Shown one piece after another: positions 9,419 through 21,554 of a stretch of DNA of 64,000 bases (position 1 is its first letter; each line of letters starts with the position of its first letter). The notes under the pieces were generated by a model. It had not been told where the DNA came from and did no database searches. It worked only from the letters and a program-made list of their open reading frames with translations. Both the position numbers and the translations under genes were made by a program. The stretch lies in NCBI GenBank assembly GCA_963823915.1, contig CAWGNJ010000004.1, forward strand, positions 84,436 to 148,435, in the 5' to 3' direction. This stretch comes from an uncultured Actinomycetota bacterium (lineage in GTDB: Bacteria; Actinomycetota; Acidimicrobiia; Spongiisociales; UBA4744).

Positions 9419-10745
9419 GATAACCGAACTCCTCCAGACCCTCATCCGGAATCAGTGTGTCAACGACGGGACCCCGGAAAGCGGCCAGGAGGAACGTTCG
9501 GTAGCCACGCTGGCCGACTACCTCGGACGCCCGGGCGTCAAGTTCGCACCACGACCCGGGCGGACCTCAATCCTCTACGATCTCCCGCCGACCGACCGCT
9601 CAATGCCCAAACTGCTCTTGATGGGACACACCGATGTGGTGCCGGTCAACGAATCCGGTTGGCTTCACGACCCTTTCGGCGGTGAAATCATCGACGGGTC
9701 TGTCTGGGGTCGGGGCGCGGTCGACATGCTCAATCAAACCGCTGCCATGGCCGCCGTGTTCAAGAGGTATCTCGACGGTTCGAAAAAGGTGCCCGCCGGC
9801 GGCCTGGCCTTCCTGGCCGTAGCCGACGAAGAAGCCGGCGGGAGGTGGGGCGCCCATTTCCTGACGGAACAACACTGGGATGAGGTTGCCTGCGACTACC
9901 TGCTTACCGAGATCGCCTACCCGCCAATCCCCACCACCTCTGGGGTGGCCTATCCGGTCAGTGTCGGGGAGAAGGGACCGTTCTGGCGACGAGTCTCAAC
10001 CGCCGGTACCCCCGGTCACGCCAGCCAGCCATACGGGACGGACAACGCGCTGATCCCGATCGCCCGGGCGCTGGCCAACCTGGCCGATAGTCCTTCCCCG
10101 GTCGTGATTACCCCGGAGTGGCGGACCTTTGTACAGGGTCTCGACCTGCCGGGCGACGAGGCGGCGGCCCTGGTCGATCCGGACCGAATCGACGACGCCA
10201 TCGAGGCCTTGTTCCCGGACCGGCCCGGGTTTGCCCGCTATGTGCACGCCTGCACGCATATGACGGTGGCCCCAACCGTGATGCGGGCCGGATCCAAAAC
10301 CAACACCATCCCGGACTCGGCCCACGCCGAGGTCGACGTGCGGGTTCTGCCCGGTCAGGACGCCGTTACCGTCGACGAGCATCTGCGGAAGGCCACCGGG
10401 CCTGATTTCGAACGGCTGGAGATCGCGCCCATGGCCGACTTCCCGGCCACCGCCACGCCGCCGGTTGGGCCGTTGTGGGACACCATCAGTACGGCTATCG
10501 AGAGTCTGACCGGTTCGCGTCGAATTCTTCCTACCTTGATGCCGGCAACTACCGACGCTCGCTTCTTCCGGGCGCGGGGCACCCAGGCATATGGCGTGGG
10601 GTTGTTTGACCTGGGGGTCGAATTCGACGATTTCCTGGGCATGTTTCACGGCAACAACGAACGGGTCAGCCTGGAGTCGCTGAGCCTTACTGCGGCGGTC
10701 ATCGCCCGGACTATCGAGGGATTAGGAGACTCCGAATCGGTCTAG
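9402..10745 (+). CDS. M20 family metallopeptidase (dipeptidase-like)
   Basis: 447 aa with LLMGHTDVVP...WGRGAVDMLNQ...ADEEAGG, typical of M20/M25/M40 peptidases. Confidence 0.8.
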   Translation: MIQTGEITELLQTLIRNQCVNDGTPESGQEERSVATLADYLGRPGVKFAPRPGRTSILYDLPPTDRSMPKLLLMGHTDVVPVNESGWLHDPFGGEIIDGSVWGRGAVDMLNQTAAMAAVFKRYLDGSKKVPAGGLAFLAVADEEAGGRWGAHFLTEQHWDEVACDYLLTEIAYPPIPTTSGVAYPVSVGEKGPFWRRVSTAGTPGHASQPYGTDNALIPIARALANLADSPSPVVITPEWRTFVQGLDLPGDEAAALVDPDRIDDAIEALFPDRPGFARYVHACTHMTVAPTVMRAGSKTNTIPDSAHAEVDVRVLPGQDAVTVDEHLRKATGPDFERLEIAPMADFPATATPPVGPLWDTISTAIESLTGSRRILPTLMPATTDARFFRARGTQAYGVGLFDLGVEFDDFLGMFHGNNERVSLESLSLTAAVIARTIEGLGDSESV

Positions 10746-11922
10746 CCGTCGGCTAGGCAGCGCACCACGAGCCCGGATCGAGGCTTCGGGACGAAGAAGG
10801 TGCTTTTCTGGGGGAACCGCAAACCAGCTTCGGTGGCCGCGCTGATCGCTTCTTCCGAGACGGTTGCCATCAACGCCACGGCCCCTTCGGATTGGGCCGC
10901 TCCGGCCGCGAGGGCCTCTTGCGGATCGGCGAAGTACGAAGCGTCGCTCTCGGTCACGTCGAGGAGCTCATACAGCAACTCCCGGGCCACTGCCGGGCTG
11001 GCCTGCCGCCACGGCCCGGGGAGCCCGGAGAGTCGCGTGGCCGGGGGGTGAGTCTCATAGGGCTCTGGTGGTGCCCGGCTCCCGGGACCAGCACGATTGA
11101 GCCAGGTTCAAGAGGAGCTGTGGCCGCGCTTGGTTCGATCTCGAATCGATCGGTGAGCCGGGACGGCTGCACCGCCGCCTGAGGGAACACCCGGTGGGTG
11201 GGACCGATGGTGAGGCCGCTGCCCTGGGCGGGGACCAGGAAGGCCATGATCGAATCCCACGGGCCGGTTCCCGACTGGGCTGCCTGATATTCGAGGCCGG
11301 TCGTATAGCGATGATGTCCGTCGGCGATCGCCACCGGATGGGAACCAACAACCGCGGAAATGGCGGCAATCGACTCCGGATCGACGATGTCGAACAGGCT
11401 GTGGTGGACGCCTTCAACCTCGAACGACAACCTGGCAGGACCCGGGGCCTCCAGCAGGAGTGCGAAGTCGGGAGATGACGTGAGGGCGATGATGAGATCG
11501 AGATTGGCGCCGGTGGCGGTCAGTACCGCCAGTCGATCCGCTTTGGTCTTGGGCATCGTCTCTTCATGAGGCAGTATCCGGCCTCCCAGGGGCAGCAAAG
11601 CCAAAGCTCCGATCACCCCCGCCGCTACCTGCTGAGCGCCGGTCTCGTCCGTATATTCGATCCGGTAGAGGTAAAACCGCGGATCCGGGTCGGTCCGCAG
11701 GCTCCCATCGAGTCGCCAGCTCTTTAGGAGGCGAGCTGCTTCGTTGTAGGTAGCATCGCCCGGACCGGCGAGTAGCAACTTGACAAGGTTGTGGTCTGAG
11801 CTCTCCCGGTAGCGGAGCTCGTCGGCGGCGTTGATCACGTCGTACGGTGGACAGGTCGCCAGAGAAATATCGGCAACGAGGTCCGGGTCAAAAAGCGAGC
11901 CACGAAACGGTGCGAACAACAT
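10742..11922 (-). pseudogene. DUF1015 family protein, one frameshift as sequenced
   Basis: The N-terminal part (frame of 10954..11961) has the DUF1015 signature CPPYDVI. The C-terminal part (10742..10990 frame) has ...FPQKSTFFVPKPRSGLVV. The two frames join somewhere around 11040-11110. Confidence 0.7.
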
Positions 11923-12718
11923 GATTGAATCAGTTGTAGCGGGACTGTCCGGGATCGGCAACGTCGTATGCGATCTCGATGGGGTGGTCTATCTCCAGGG
12001 ACGGCCGGTGCCCGGCGCCGGAAAGGCATTGAGCAAGCTGGACCAGTTGGGTCACAGGGTTGTATTCGTCACCAACAACTCGACTCGCCCGGTGGGAGAT
12101 GTCGCCGCCAAGATCCAAAAGCTGACCGGGTATCCGGCCCGAACCGGCCAGGTGATTAGCTCGGCCGACGCCGCGGTGACGATGCTGGGAGCCGGCGCCG
12201 GGCCGGTCCTGGTGGTGGGAGGCGACGGCATCACGGAGGCCCTGGCGCAAGCCAATGTGACCGAGACCGACGATCCCCGGCTCGCCGCGGCAGTGATCGT
12301 CGGGCTCGACCTGGCCCTGTCGTACGACCTTCTCCGCGACGCCGTGGTGGCGATCAGGAGGGGCGCTCGGTTTGTGGCCACCAACACGGACGCGACTTTC
12401 CCAACTCCCGATGGTCTCTGGCCGGGGGCCGGGACCATGGTGGGCGCGGTCCGGATCGGCGCCGGGGTCGATCCGGAAATCGCCGGCAAACCCCACGCGG
12501 CGATCAGGTCGCTGATTCGCGCCGGACTGGCCCCAGGACCGGTTTGGGTAGTGGGGGACCGGCCCGAGACCGACCTGGCCATGGCCAAGATTGAAGGCTG
12601 GAATTCGGTATTGGTGCTGACCGGAGTAGTCGAGCGGGTCGACCAAGTGCCGGACGAATACCGACCGGATCTGATTCTCCAGTCGATAGCCGATCTACCC
12701 GAAGCTCTGGAGACCTGA
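11921..12718 (+). CDS. HAD-IIA family hydrolase
   Basis: ATG 11921 gives MIESV...VVCDLDGVVY (DxDG motif I), then FVTNNS and a GDRPETD motif. Divergent from the DUF1015 gene, sharing CATG. Confidence 0.75.
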   Translation: MIESVVAGLSGIGNVVCDLDGVVYLQGRPVPGAGKALSKLDQLGHRVVFVTNNSTRPVGDVAAKIQKLTGYPARTGQVISSADAAVTMLGAGAGPVLVVGGDGITEALAQANVTETDDPRLAAAVIVGLDLALSYDLLRDAVVAIRRGARFVATNTDATFPTPDGLWPGAGTMVGAVRIGAGVDPEIAGKPHAAIRSLIRAGLAPGPVWVVGDRPETDLAMAKIEGWNSVLVLTGVVERVDQVPDEYRPDLILQSIADLPEALET

Positions 12719-13456
12719 CCGCTGCCGGGCGAGTCTCCGGCGGTGAGCATCGACCCTGCGGAGCAATGGTCCGCGGAGGACGAAAGCGACCGCGGCGCCG
12801 AACAAGAACCCTCCGACATGAGCTTGCCAGGCGATTCCGGTGGCATCGCCAATGAGGGCAAACTGGCCGGCAAACCAAAGGATCAGGAAGATGGCGGCCG
12901 GCAAAGCCACAGGAATGAAGAAAAAGATCGGAAACACCGAAACGACCCGGGCCCGCGGAAAGAGCACCAGATAGGCTCCCATCACCCCTGATATCGCCCC
13001 CGAGGCGCCGACCAGCGGAGTGACCTCTCCGGGGTTGGTCAGGACAAAGGCGGCTGTGGCCGCCACTCCCGAGGCCAAATAGAGGAACAGGTATCCGGCG
13101 GATCCAAAGGCATCCTCGACGTTGTTGCCGAAGATCCACAGACTCCAGAGATTGCCGAGCAAGTGAGCAAGATTGGCGTGGAGGAACATCGAGATGAGGG
13201 CGCTGGCGAGAAGGTTCTTTTCGGGGAAGAACGGAAAACCGACATCGGCGGAGCTACAAGCAGATAAGTCGGCGCCGTCGAGCGGGGAGAGGGTGGTCAG
13301 CTCACAAGGGATGGCCGCGTACTCGAACAGGAAATCGCTGAATTCGGACTCAATGCTTGGCTGCACCGCAAAGAACACGTAGGCGGCGGCGACGACGATC
13401 AGCCAGGTGATGACTGGTCGAGTCAGAGACGGGTTGGCATCGCGGATCGGTATCAA
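12695..13456 (-). CDS. Rhomboid family intramembrane serine protease
   Basis: Multi-TM protein with FLHANLAHLLGNLWSLWIFG and the catalytic GASGAISGVMGAY motif. TTG start. Confidence 0.85.
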   Translation of the reverse strand: MIPIRDANPSLTRPVITWLIVVAAAYVFFAVQPSIESEFSDFLFEYAAIPCELTTLSPLDGADLSACSSADVGFPFFPEKNLLASALISMFLHANLAHLLGNLWSLWIFGNNVEDAFGSAGYLFLYLASGVAATAAFVLTNPGEVTPLVGASGAISGVMGAYLVLFPRARVVSVFPIFFFIPVALPAAIFLILWFAGQFALIGDATGIAWQAHVGGFLFGAAVAFVLRGPLLRRVDAHRRRLARQRSGLQSFG

Positions 13457-13494
13457 AGACTGGTTCCTGTCGCCGTTGCGGTGATAATAGGGAA

Positions 13495-13641
13495 ATGGAT
13501 ACCAAGGAACTGAAAGAAGCGATCGCGGTCCTGGCCGAACTCGATCCCGCGGAGGTGCCGGAGGCGGCCGATCAAATCGCCGAGGCCCTGGCCGCCGAAC
13601 TGGAAGAGTCGGACGAACCGGAAGAGAACCCGACCGGCTGA
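13495..13641 (+). CDS. Small acidic hypothetical protein (48 aa)
   Basis: ATG 13495 to TGA 13639-13641 (MDTKELKEAIAVLAELDPAEVPEAADQIAEALAAELEESDEPEENPTG). It abuts the tlyA start. A small ORF occupies the same position upstream of tlyA in mycobacteria. Confidence 0.35.
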   Translation: MDTKELKEAIAVLAELDPAEVPEAADQIAEALAAELEESDEPEENPTG

Positions 13642-14451
13642 GTGCCGCGGGTCCTCCGGTTCATGCCCCAATCGCCCCGCCGCCGGCTTGATCTCGAATT
13701 GGTGCGACGGAACCTAGTGCCCAGCCGAACTGCCGCCCAAACGGCGTTGGCCGCCGGCCGGGTGACCGTGGCCGGCATTCCCCGGCCGAAACCCTCGACG
13801 TTGGTCGACAGTTCCATGGCCATCGGAATCAATCGTCCACCCGACCGTTTCGTCTCGCGGGGAGGCGAAAAACTGGCCGGCGCCTTGCAAACGTTTGGGG
13901 TGACGATCCGCAACCGTCGGGCTCTCGACGCCGGGGCTTCGACCGGCGGTTTCACCGATTGCCTACTGCAAGCGGGGGCGGCCTCGGTGGCGGCCCTCGA
14001 TGTGGGATACGGGCAGCTCGACTGGTCACTGCGCACCGATCCCCGGGTGGCAGTCCATGACCGACGCAATCTTCGGTATGTCGAAGTCGATGACCTGGAC
14101 GGACCCTTTGAAGTGATCGTCGGCGACCTGTCCTTCATTTCGATCTGCACGGTGGCAGCCAAACTGGTCGAGCTCGTCACTCCGGAAGGCGATCTGGTTC
14201 TTCTCGTCAAGCCACAGTTTGAGGTTGGAAAAGGACAGGTTGGCAAAGGGGGCATCGTGCGCGACCCTGAGAAGCACCGGGCGGCGCTGCAGCGAGTTGT
14301 TGAATGCTTGGCCGCCGAAGGTTTTGGTACCCGCGGCGTGGCTGTTTCGCCCATAGAAGGTGCCAAAGGAAACCGGGAGTTCTTTGTGTGGGCTCGGAAA
14401 GGAGCTACAACAGTGCAGGACGAAGACCTCAACAGGGTGGTGGAACGGTGA
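13642..14451 (+). CDS. tlyA: TlyA family rRNA 2'-O-methyltransferase
   Basis: S4-like N-terminus (RRRLDLELVRRNLVPSRTAAQTALAAGRV) plus an FtsJ-like SAM motif (LDAGASTGGFTDC). Start could also be the ATG at 13663. Confidence 0.85.
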   Translation: MPRVLRFMPQSPRRRLDLELVRRNLVPSRTAAQTALAAGRVTVAGIPRPKPSTLVDSSMAIGINRPPDRFVSRGGEKLAGALQTFGVTIRNRRALDAGASTGGFTDCLLQAGAASVAALDVGYGQLDWSLRTDPRVAVHDRRNLRYVEVDDLDGPFEVIVGDLSFISICTVAAKLVELVTPEGDLVLLVKPQFEVGKGQVGKGGIVRDPEKHRAALQRVVECLAAEGFGTRGVAVSPIEGAKGNREFFVWARKGATTVQDEDLNRVVER

Positions 14452-15272
14452 ATGTTGAAACAATCGCCGTCGTTGTGCACGATGCTCGTCCTGCTGCGGT
14501 AGAAGTCGCAGAGAATCTGGCCGAGATCGCCGGGAAGCGGGGGATGGAGGTTGTGGCAGTCTCCAGCGATGGGACCGCGGCCGGCGATGTGGTGTTGGCC
14601 ATCGGTGGCGATGGCACCGTGCTGCGGGCCGCCCGGGCGGCGTTGCGGTCCAATCTGCCGTTGCTGGGCATCAATGTGGGGCGGAAAGGATTCCTGGCAG
14701 ACATCGAACCGGGACGGCTGCAGGACGCCGTCGAGGCACTACAGGCGGGTTCATGGCAGGAGTCGCCGCGCATGACGATCGAAGCCTTGGTTAACGACCG
14801 GGATCCGGTGACGGGGATCAATGACGTGGTGATCGAGAAGGTATTGAGTCAGCGATTGATCTCCATCGAAGTTGCCGTCGACGGCGAGCGTTTCCTCAAC
14901 TACCACGCCGATGGCCTGATTCTGGCAACTCCGACCGGGTCAACGGCCTACAACCTGTCGGCCGGCGGCCCCTTGGTGGCCCCAGAGCTCGAAGCGGTGG
15001 TTCTTTCGCCGGTGGCACCTCATTCGTTGTTCTCAAAAAGCCTCGTTCTTCACCCCGATACGGTGATCCGCTGCACAGTGGTCCAGGACCGGTCGGCCGG
15101 CGTCAGCGTCGACGGATACGATCTCGGTCAGGTTGGTCCCGGCGATGAGATCGTGGTTCGGCGCGGACCCGGAACGGTCCGGTTCATCGACATCTCCGGA
15201 AGGTCCTTTCCGGCCCGGATCAAAGAGAAGTTTCATCTCACCGAAGATCTGCGTTTCCACGGGAGCACCTGA
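14448..15272 (+). CDS. nadK: NAD kinase
   Basis: GTG 14448 overlaps the tlyA stop. IGGDGTVLRAAR and STAYNLSAGGP motifs. Conserved tlyA-nadK-recN order. Confidence 0.9.
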   Translation: MNVETIAVVVHDARPAAVEVAENLAEIAGKRGMEVVAVSSDGTAAGDVVLAIGGDGTVLRAARAALRSNLPLLGINVGRKGFLADIEPGRLQDAVEALQAGSWQESPRMTIEALVNDRDPVTGINDVVIEKVLSQRLISIEVAVDGERFLNYHADGLILATPTGSTAYNLSAGGPLVAPELEAVVLSPVAPHSLFSKSLVLHPDTVIRCTVVQDRSAGVSVDGYDLGQVGPGDEIVVRRGPGTVRFIDISGRSFPARIKEKFHLTEDLRFHGST

Positions 15273-15275
15273 GCG

Positions 15276-16882
15276 GTGCTTGATGAACTGATTGTCGAAA
15301 ACTTGGGCATCATCGAGAAGGCCCAGGTGAAACCGGGCTCCGGTCTGGTGGCCTTTACCGGTGAGACCGGAGCAGGAAAAACGATGCTGCTGGGCGCCCT
15401 CAGGTTGTTGGTCGGCGGCCCCGCGCGCAGCGACATCATCGGCCCCTACGGCGATGAAGCCCGCGTCGATGGAAGGTTCGTTCGAAAGGACGGTGAAGAG
15501 TTGGTGGTGGCCCGCACCGTCACGGCCGGGCGAAGTCGTGCCTACCTCAACGGCAGCATGGCGACGGCCGGGGCACTGGAGAAGCTGGGTTCCGGGATGG
15601 TCGAGATGGTCGCCCAGCACGAGAAACACGGTCTGGGACGGCCCAACGAGGTGCGCGCTTTGATCGATCGGGCGCTTCCGAAAACCGGGGCGGAGCTTCT
15701 CGGCGAGTACCGGCTCGCCTGGGACGTTCTGGCCGGACTCCGTGCGGAACGAGATCGCTTGGGTGGGGATCGGCGGGCGCTGGAGCGGGAACTCGATCTG
15801 GTCGGGTACCAGGCAGACGAGATTCGGGCGGCCGGCTTTGTGCCCGGAGAAGACGAACTGCTCGCCACCGCGGCGGTCCGCATGCGCCACGCCGAAGAAC
15901 TGGCGACCCGTCTGGGCGAGGCCCGACGGCGCGATCGAAAAAGCGTCCGACGAGGTGGGTGGAGCAGCTTTCCAACTCCAGAAAGCTGCCGACCTCGATC
16001 GAACCCTGAGGAGCCTGACGGACCAATCCGCGAACGTCCTGGCCGGCCTGGCCGAACTGACCAGTGACTTGCGGGTGGCATTCGAATTGGTCGGGACCGA
16101 CCCGGAGACCGCCGAGGCCACCGAGCGTCGTCTGGCCCAGCTCGGGGATCTTCGGCGCAAATATGGCGACTCGCTCGATGAAGTGCTCGAGTTCGGAGAA
16201 GGAGCCGGGCGGCGACGCGACGAATTGGCTGCTCTGCTGGCCGGAGCCGAGCAACTTGAGCTCAAGCTGAACCAAGCCGAACAAACGGTGGCTTCGATAG
16301 GCGCTCGGGTGCGGGATGTCCGCCAGAGGACCGCCGACCTAATCGCCGGTGAAGCCGAGCAACATCTTCGCGAACTGGGGATTCCTGCGCCGATTGTCCG
16401 ACTGATCGTCGAGCCGGCTGATCCCGGACCAGCCGGAGCAGACGTCGGCCGCCTGCTGTTTGCGTCAGACGACCGCCTTGATCCGGCGCCGGTAGGCAGG
16501 GTCGCCTCAGGAGGAGAACTCAGCCGGCTCGTGCTCGCCCTGCGCTTGGCGTCCGGGTCGGGGAGCGTCCCCATCGTGGCCTTCGATGAGATCGATGCCG
16601 GAGTGGGGGGGAAGACGGCACTCGAATTAGGACGAAAATTGGCTTCCCTGGCTCGGGACCGCCAGGTGCTGTGCGTTACGCATCTCCCGCAAGTTGCGGC
16701 GTTTGCCGATCGACATTTCGTCATCACTCGAACGGGCACCACCGTGCAAGGTGGAGCTTGTCGAGCAGGACGGGCGCCTCGAAGAACTATCGCGGATGCT
16801 GGCCGGGCTTCCCGACAGCCGGCAGGGCCGCGATCATGCCGACGAGTTGATCACCCTGGCTGCCCGGCGAACGGGCCAATAA
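15276..16882 (+). pseudogene. recN: DNA repair protein RecN, at least 2 frameshifts as sequenced
   Basis: N-terminus MLDELIVENLGIIEKA...FTGETGAGKT (15276 frame). The middle and the signature GGELSRLVLAL...FDEIDAGVGG lie in the 15742 frame. The C-terminus VELVEQDGRLEELSRMLAG lies in the 16694 frame. Shifts are near 15925 and 16745. Confidence 0.85.
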
Positions 16883-16920
16883 CGGGTACTCGGCGCAACC
16901 GGGGCCGACTGCTACCATGA

Positions 16921-18591
<1,671 letters not shown>

Positions 18592-18596
<5 letters not shown>

Positions 18597-19141
18597 CGGA
18601 CGGTCTCCGTCTACTCGGAGAGCGGACCATTGCCAGCGGGTCATTCCTGAAGCTTGTCCGGAGCCACTACCTGGCCGAAGGGAGGCCGGTCGGCCGCAAC
18701 GCGAAATCATCCATCATCCCGGGGCGGTGGCGGTGGTGCCGCGTGATCGACGGTGATGTCGTCCTCATCTCCCAGCATCGGGTAGCCATCGGCGAAGACA
18801 TGTTGGAGATCCCGGCCGGGAAATGCGACGAACCAGGTGAGAGAGCCGGAAACTACCGCGCAGGCGGGAGTGCGAGGAAGAGATCGGCTTCCGACCCGGG
18901 AAACTCACTCTCCTCACGGAGCTTCTACACGACCCCCGGGTTCACCGACGAGCTCATCTGGTTATATCTCGCCGAGGAGCTCACCCGGTCCCGTCGCGCC
19001 CGGTGGGTCATCGAAGAGGAAGAGGCAGAGTTGGTGCGCATGCCGATCCGAGGAAGCTTTGCGAATGGTTCGAGAAGGTCAGATCGGGACGCCAAAACCG
19101 TAATCGGTCTTCTGGCGCTTGAGAAGGAGTGGACGGCGTGA
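18592..19141 (+). pseudogene. NUDIX (ADP-ribose pyrophosphatase-like) hydrolase, multiple frameshifts as sequenced
   Basis: Pieces [44 protein letters not shown] / [19 protein letters not shown] / [10 protein letters not shown] and [11 protein letters not shown] are found in three frames. Same position as the Nudix gene after pyrG in mycobacteria. Start is approximate. Confidence 0.6.
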
Positions 19142-20265
19142 TCATCGGTGTTCCAAGAGAAATCAAACCAGCGGAATTCCGCGTAGCAATCACCCCTGTT
19201 GGGGTCCGTGAACTTGTCGACCACGGCCACGAGGTGATCATCGAAACCGAAGCCGGAGAAGGATCGACGATCCACGACGAGGAGTATCAGACGCAGGGAG
19301 CCGTCATTGTCCCGTCCGCCGACGAGGTCTTCGGTGGCGCTGACCTCGTCTTGAAAGTCAAGGAGCCGCAGGCTGTCGAGGTGCCAAAACTCCGATCCGG
19401 CCAAGTTCTCTTCACCTACCTGCACTTGGCCGCGTATCCGGAGTTGGCCAAAGGTCTGTTGACACGAGACATCGTCGGCATCGCCTACGAGACCGTACAA
19501 CTCCCGGATCACAGTCTGCCTCTGCTGGCGCCGATGTCCGAGGTGGCCGGTCGCATGGCTACCCAAGCCGGGGCCTATTACCTCGAAAAGGCTCACCGGG
19601 GGAGGGGGATCTTGCTGGGAGGGGTGCCGGGAGTCATGCCGGCCAAAGTCGTGGTGATTGGAGCGGGCATCGCCGGCACCAATTCCGCGCTGATGGCGAT
19701 GGGGATGCAGGCGACGGTCGTGGCCCTCGACAACGACATTGCCAAGCTGCGCAACCTGGATCTGCTTTTTGGCGGCAGGATCCTCACCCTCACGTCGAAT
19801 CGGCTGACCATCGAAGAGCAGGTATGCGATGCCGATCTGGTCATCGGTTCGGTCCTGGTTCCGGGTGCCAGCGCCCCGAAGCTGGTGACCCGGGACATGG
19901 TGCGAGCGATGAAGCGGGGAGCGGTGTTGGTCGACATTGCCATCGATCAGGGCGGTTGTTTCGAAACCAGCCGGGAAACCACCCACGAGGATCCGGTGTA
20001 CGTGATCGACGACGTGGTGCACTATGCGGTTGGCAACATCCCCGGAGCTGTGCCCCACACATCCACCTACGCGCTCACCAACGCGACCCTGCCTTACTTG
20101 CTCACCATCGCCGATGAAGGCCCCCAAGCTGCGGTGGCCAACCATCCGGAGCTGCTGCCGGGGGTGAACGTGGTCGGTGACGCGGTGGTAAACCGGGCTG
20201 TGGCCGAAAGCGTTGGTCTGCCGTTCGAGGAGCCGACGACGGCACTGGCGTCCTTTGGCGGATGA
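19138..20265 (+). CDS. ald: Alanine dehydrogenase
   Basis: [20 protein letters not shown]..., NAD-binding [12 protein letters not shown]. Intact. GTG 19138 overlaps the upstream stop. Confidence 0.9.
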   Translation: MIIGVPREIKPAEFRVAITPVGVRELVDHGHEVIIETEAGEGSTIHDEEYQTQGAVIVPSADEVFGGADLVLKVKEPQAVEVPKLRSGQVLFTYLHLAAYPELAKGLLTRDIVGIAYETVQLPDHSLPLLAPMSEVAGRMATQAGAYYLEKAHRGRGILLGGVPGVMPAKVVVIGAGIAGTNSALMAMGMQATVVALDNDIAKLRNLDLLFGGRILTLTSNRLTIEEQVCDADLVIGSVLVPGASAPKLVTRDMVRAMKRGAVLVDIAIDQGGCFETSRETTHEDPVYVIDDVVHYAVGNIPGAVPHTSTYALTNATLPYLLTIADEGPQAAVANHPELLPGVNVVGDAVVNRAVAESVGLPFEEPTTALASFGG

Positions 20266-21149
20266 CCACATCGCTGACCCTGGGGGTCGAGGAGTTCCTG
20301 GCCTCGCTGCGCGCTGAGCGGGACTGGCCGCCAATACCATCGCCGCCTATCGGCGAGACCTGTTGGACTATGTGGACTATCTGGGTGAAGCTGAGCCATC
20401 GGCCGGACGGGCAGTCGCCTACGTCGCTCACCTCCATTCGTCCGCCCTGAAGCCCGCAACGATCGCCCGCAAGATCGCGGCGATGAGGGGTTTGCACCGG
20501 TTTCTGGTTGCCGAGCAGCTGGCCACCGAAGACCCAACAGTTCTGCTCGACAGTCCCCGGTTGGGGGCTGCGTTGCCCAAAGCACTGACGGTTGATGAGG
20601 TCGAACGGTTGTTGGCAGTTACGGTCGGCGAGACTCCACTGCGGGCGCGCGATCCGGGCCCTGTTGGAGTTCATGTACGCCACCGGGGTGCGGGTCACCG
20701 AAACTGTCAGCCTCGATCTGGCCGGCGTCGACCTCGAAGACCGGACTGCTCTGGTAACGGGTAAGGGCAGCAAACAGAGGCTGGTGCCCATCGGCCGGCC
20801 GGCGGTCGAGGCGATCCGGACCTATCTGCCGCACCGCCTGACATTGAAGGGTGACCGGCTCGACAACGGGGCAGTGTTCCTCAACGCCCGCGGGGGGCGC
20901 CTCTCCCGGCAGGGCGTCTGGGGCATCGTCCGCCGAACGGCCGCCCTGGCGGGTATCGATCAGAGCAAAGTCTCACCCCACGTGCTGCGCCACTCGGCCG
21001 CCACACACATGGTCGAGGGAGGGGCGGACCTGAGAACTGTCCAAGAAATGCTCGGTCACGCTAATATCACCACCACACAGGTGTACACACGGGTATCGCC
21101 CCAGCATCTTATAGAGGTGTACATCACGTCCCACCCACGGAGCAGGTGA
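20262..21149 (+). pseudogene. xerD: Site-specific tyrosine recombinase XerD, 2 frameshifts as sequenced
   Basis: The expected ERGLAANTIAAYRRDLLDYVDYL is recovered only by restoring one G in a G-run near 20318. RDRALLEFMYATGVRVTE is recovered by removing one C near 20655. The C-terminus HVLRHSAATHMVEGGADLRTVQEMLGHANITTTQVYTRV is intact. Confidence 0.85.
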
Positions 21150-21499
21150 GCACAACGATGGACTTTGACGGCGCTCGTGCAGCCCTGAAGGAAGAGCGCG
21201 AAAAACTGGTTCGCCAACTCGAAGAGCTTGGGGCAACCGAAAGCGGTGATCTCCGCTCGGATCTCGAGTTCAGCGACGGATTCGCCGACGCCGGCGCGGC
21301 CACCGCGGAGCGCACCGAGGTGCTGGGACTCGTCGAAACCCTGAAGGGACAAGTGGAATCCGTCGACAAGGCTCTCATCAAGCTCGACACCGGAACATAT
21401 GGGTTCTGCGACAACTGTGGTCAACCGATTCCGGCGGCACGGTTGGAGGCACGACCGACCTCGGTGCTGTGCGTGGACTGCAAGAAACAGCGGAGATAA
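21146..21499 (+). CDS. DksA/TraR family C4-type zinc-finger protein
   Basis: Coiled-coil N-terminus plus GFCDNCGQPIPAARLEARPTSVLCVDCK. Confidence 0.75.
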   Translation: MSTTMDFDGARAALKEEREKLVRQLEELGATESGDLRSDLEFSDGFADAGAATAERTEVLGLVETLKGQVESVDKALIKLDTGTYGFCDNCGQPIPAARLEARPTSVLCVDCKKQRR

Positions 21500-21554
21500 C
21501 GGCCGTTGACGTCTCACCGGTAATCGGATCCTCGATCCGATCATCTTCATCGTC

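Noticed and set aside
13453-13671. 72-aa minus-strand ORF between the rhomboid gene and tlyA
   Set aside because: It is antisense to the better-supported 48-codon acidic ORF and the tlyA start. Its composition is not coding-like.
15033-16742. 569-aa minus-strand ORF opposite nadK/recN. Similar long ORFs lie at 16990-18006, 18925-20340, 20102-20791, 21588-22415, 39566-40444, 40477-41394, 49361-50173 and 56868-57914 (all minus strand).
   Set aside because: All are low-complexity Arg/Ser/Pro/Gly-rich translations antisense to genes with clear family motifs. They are GC-driven shadow ORFs.
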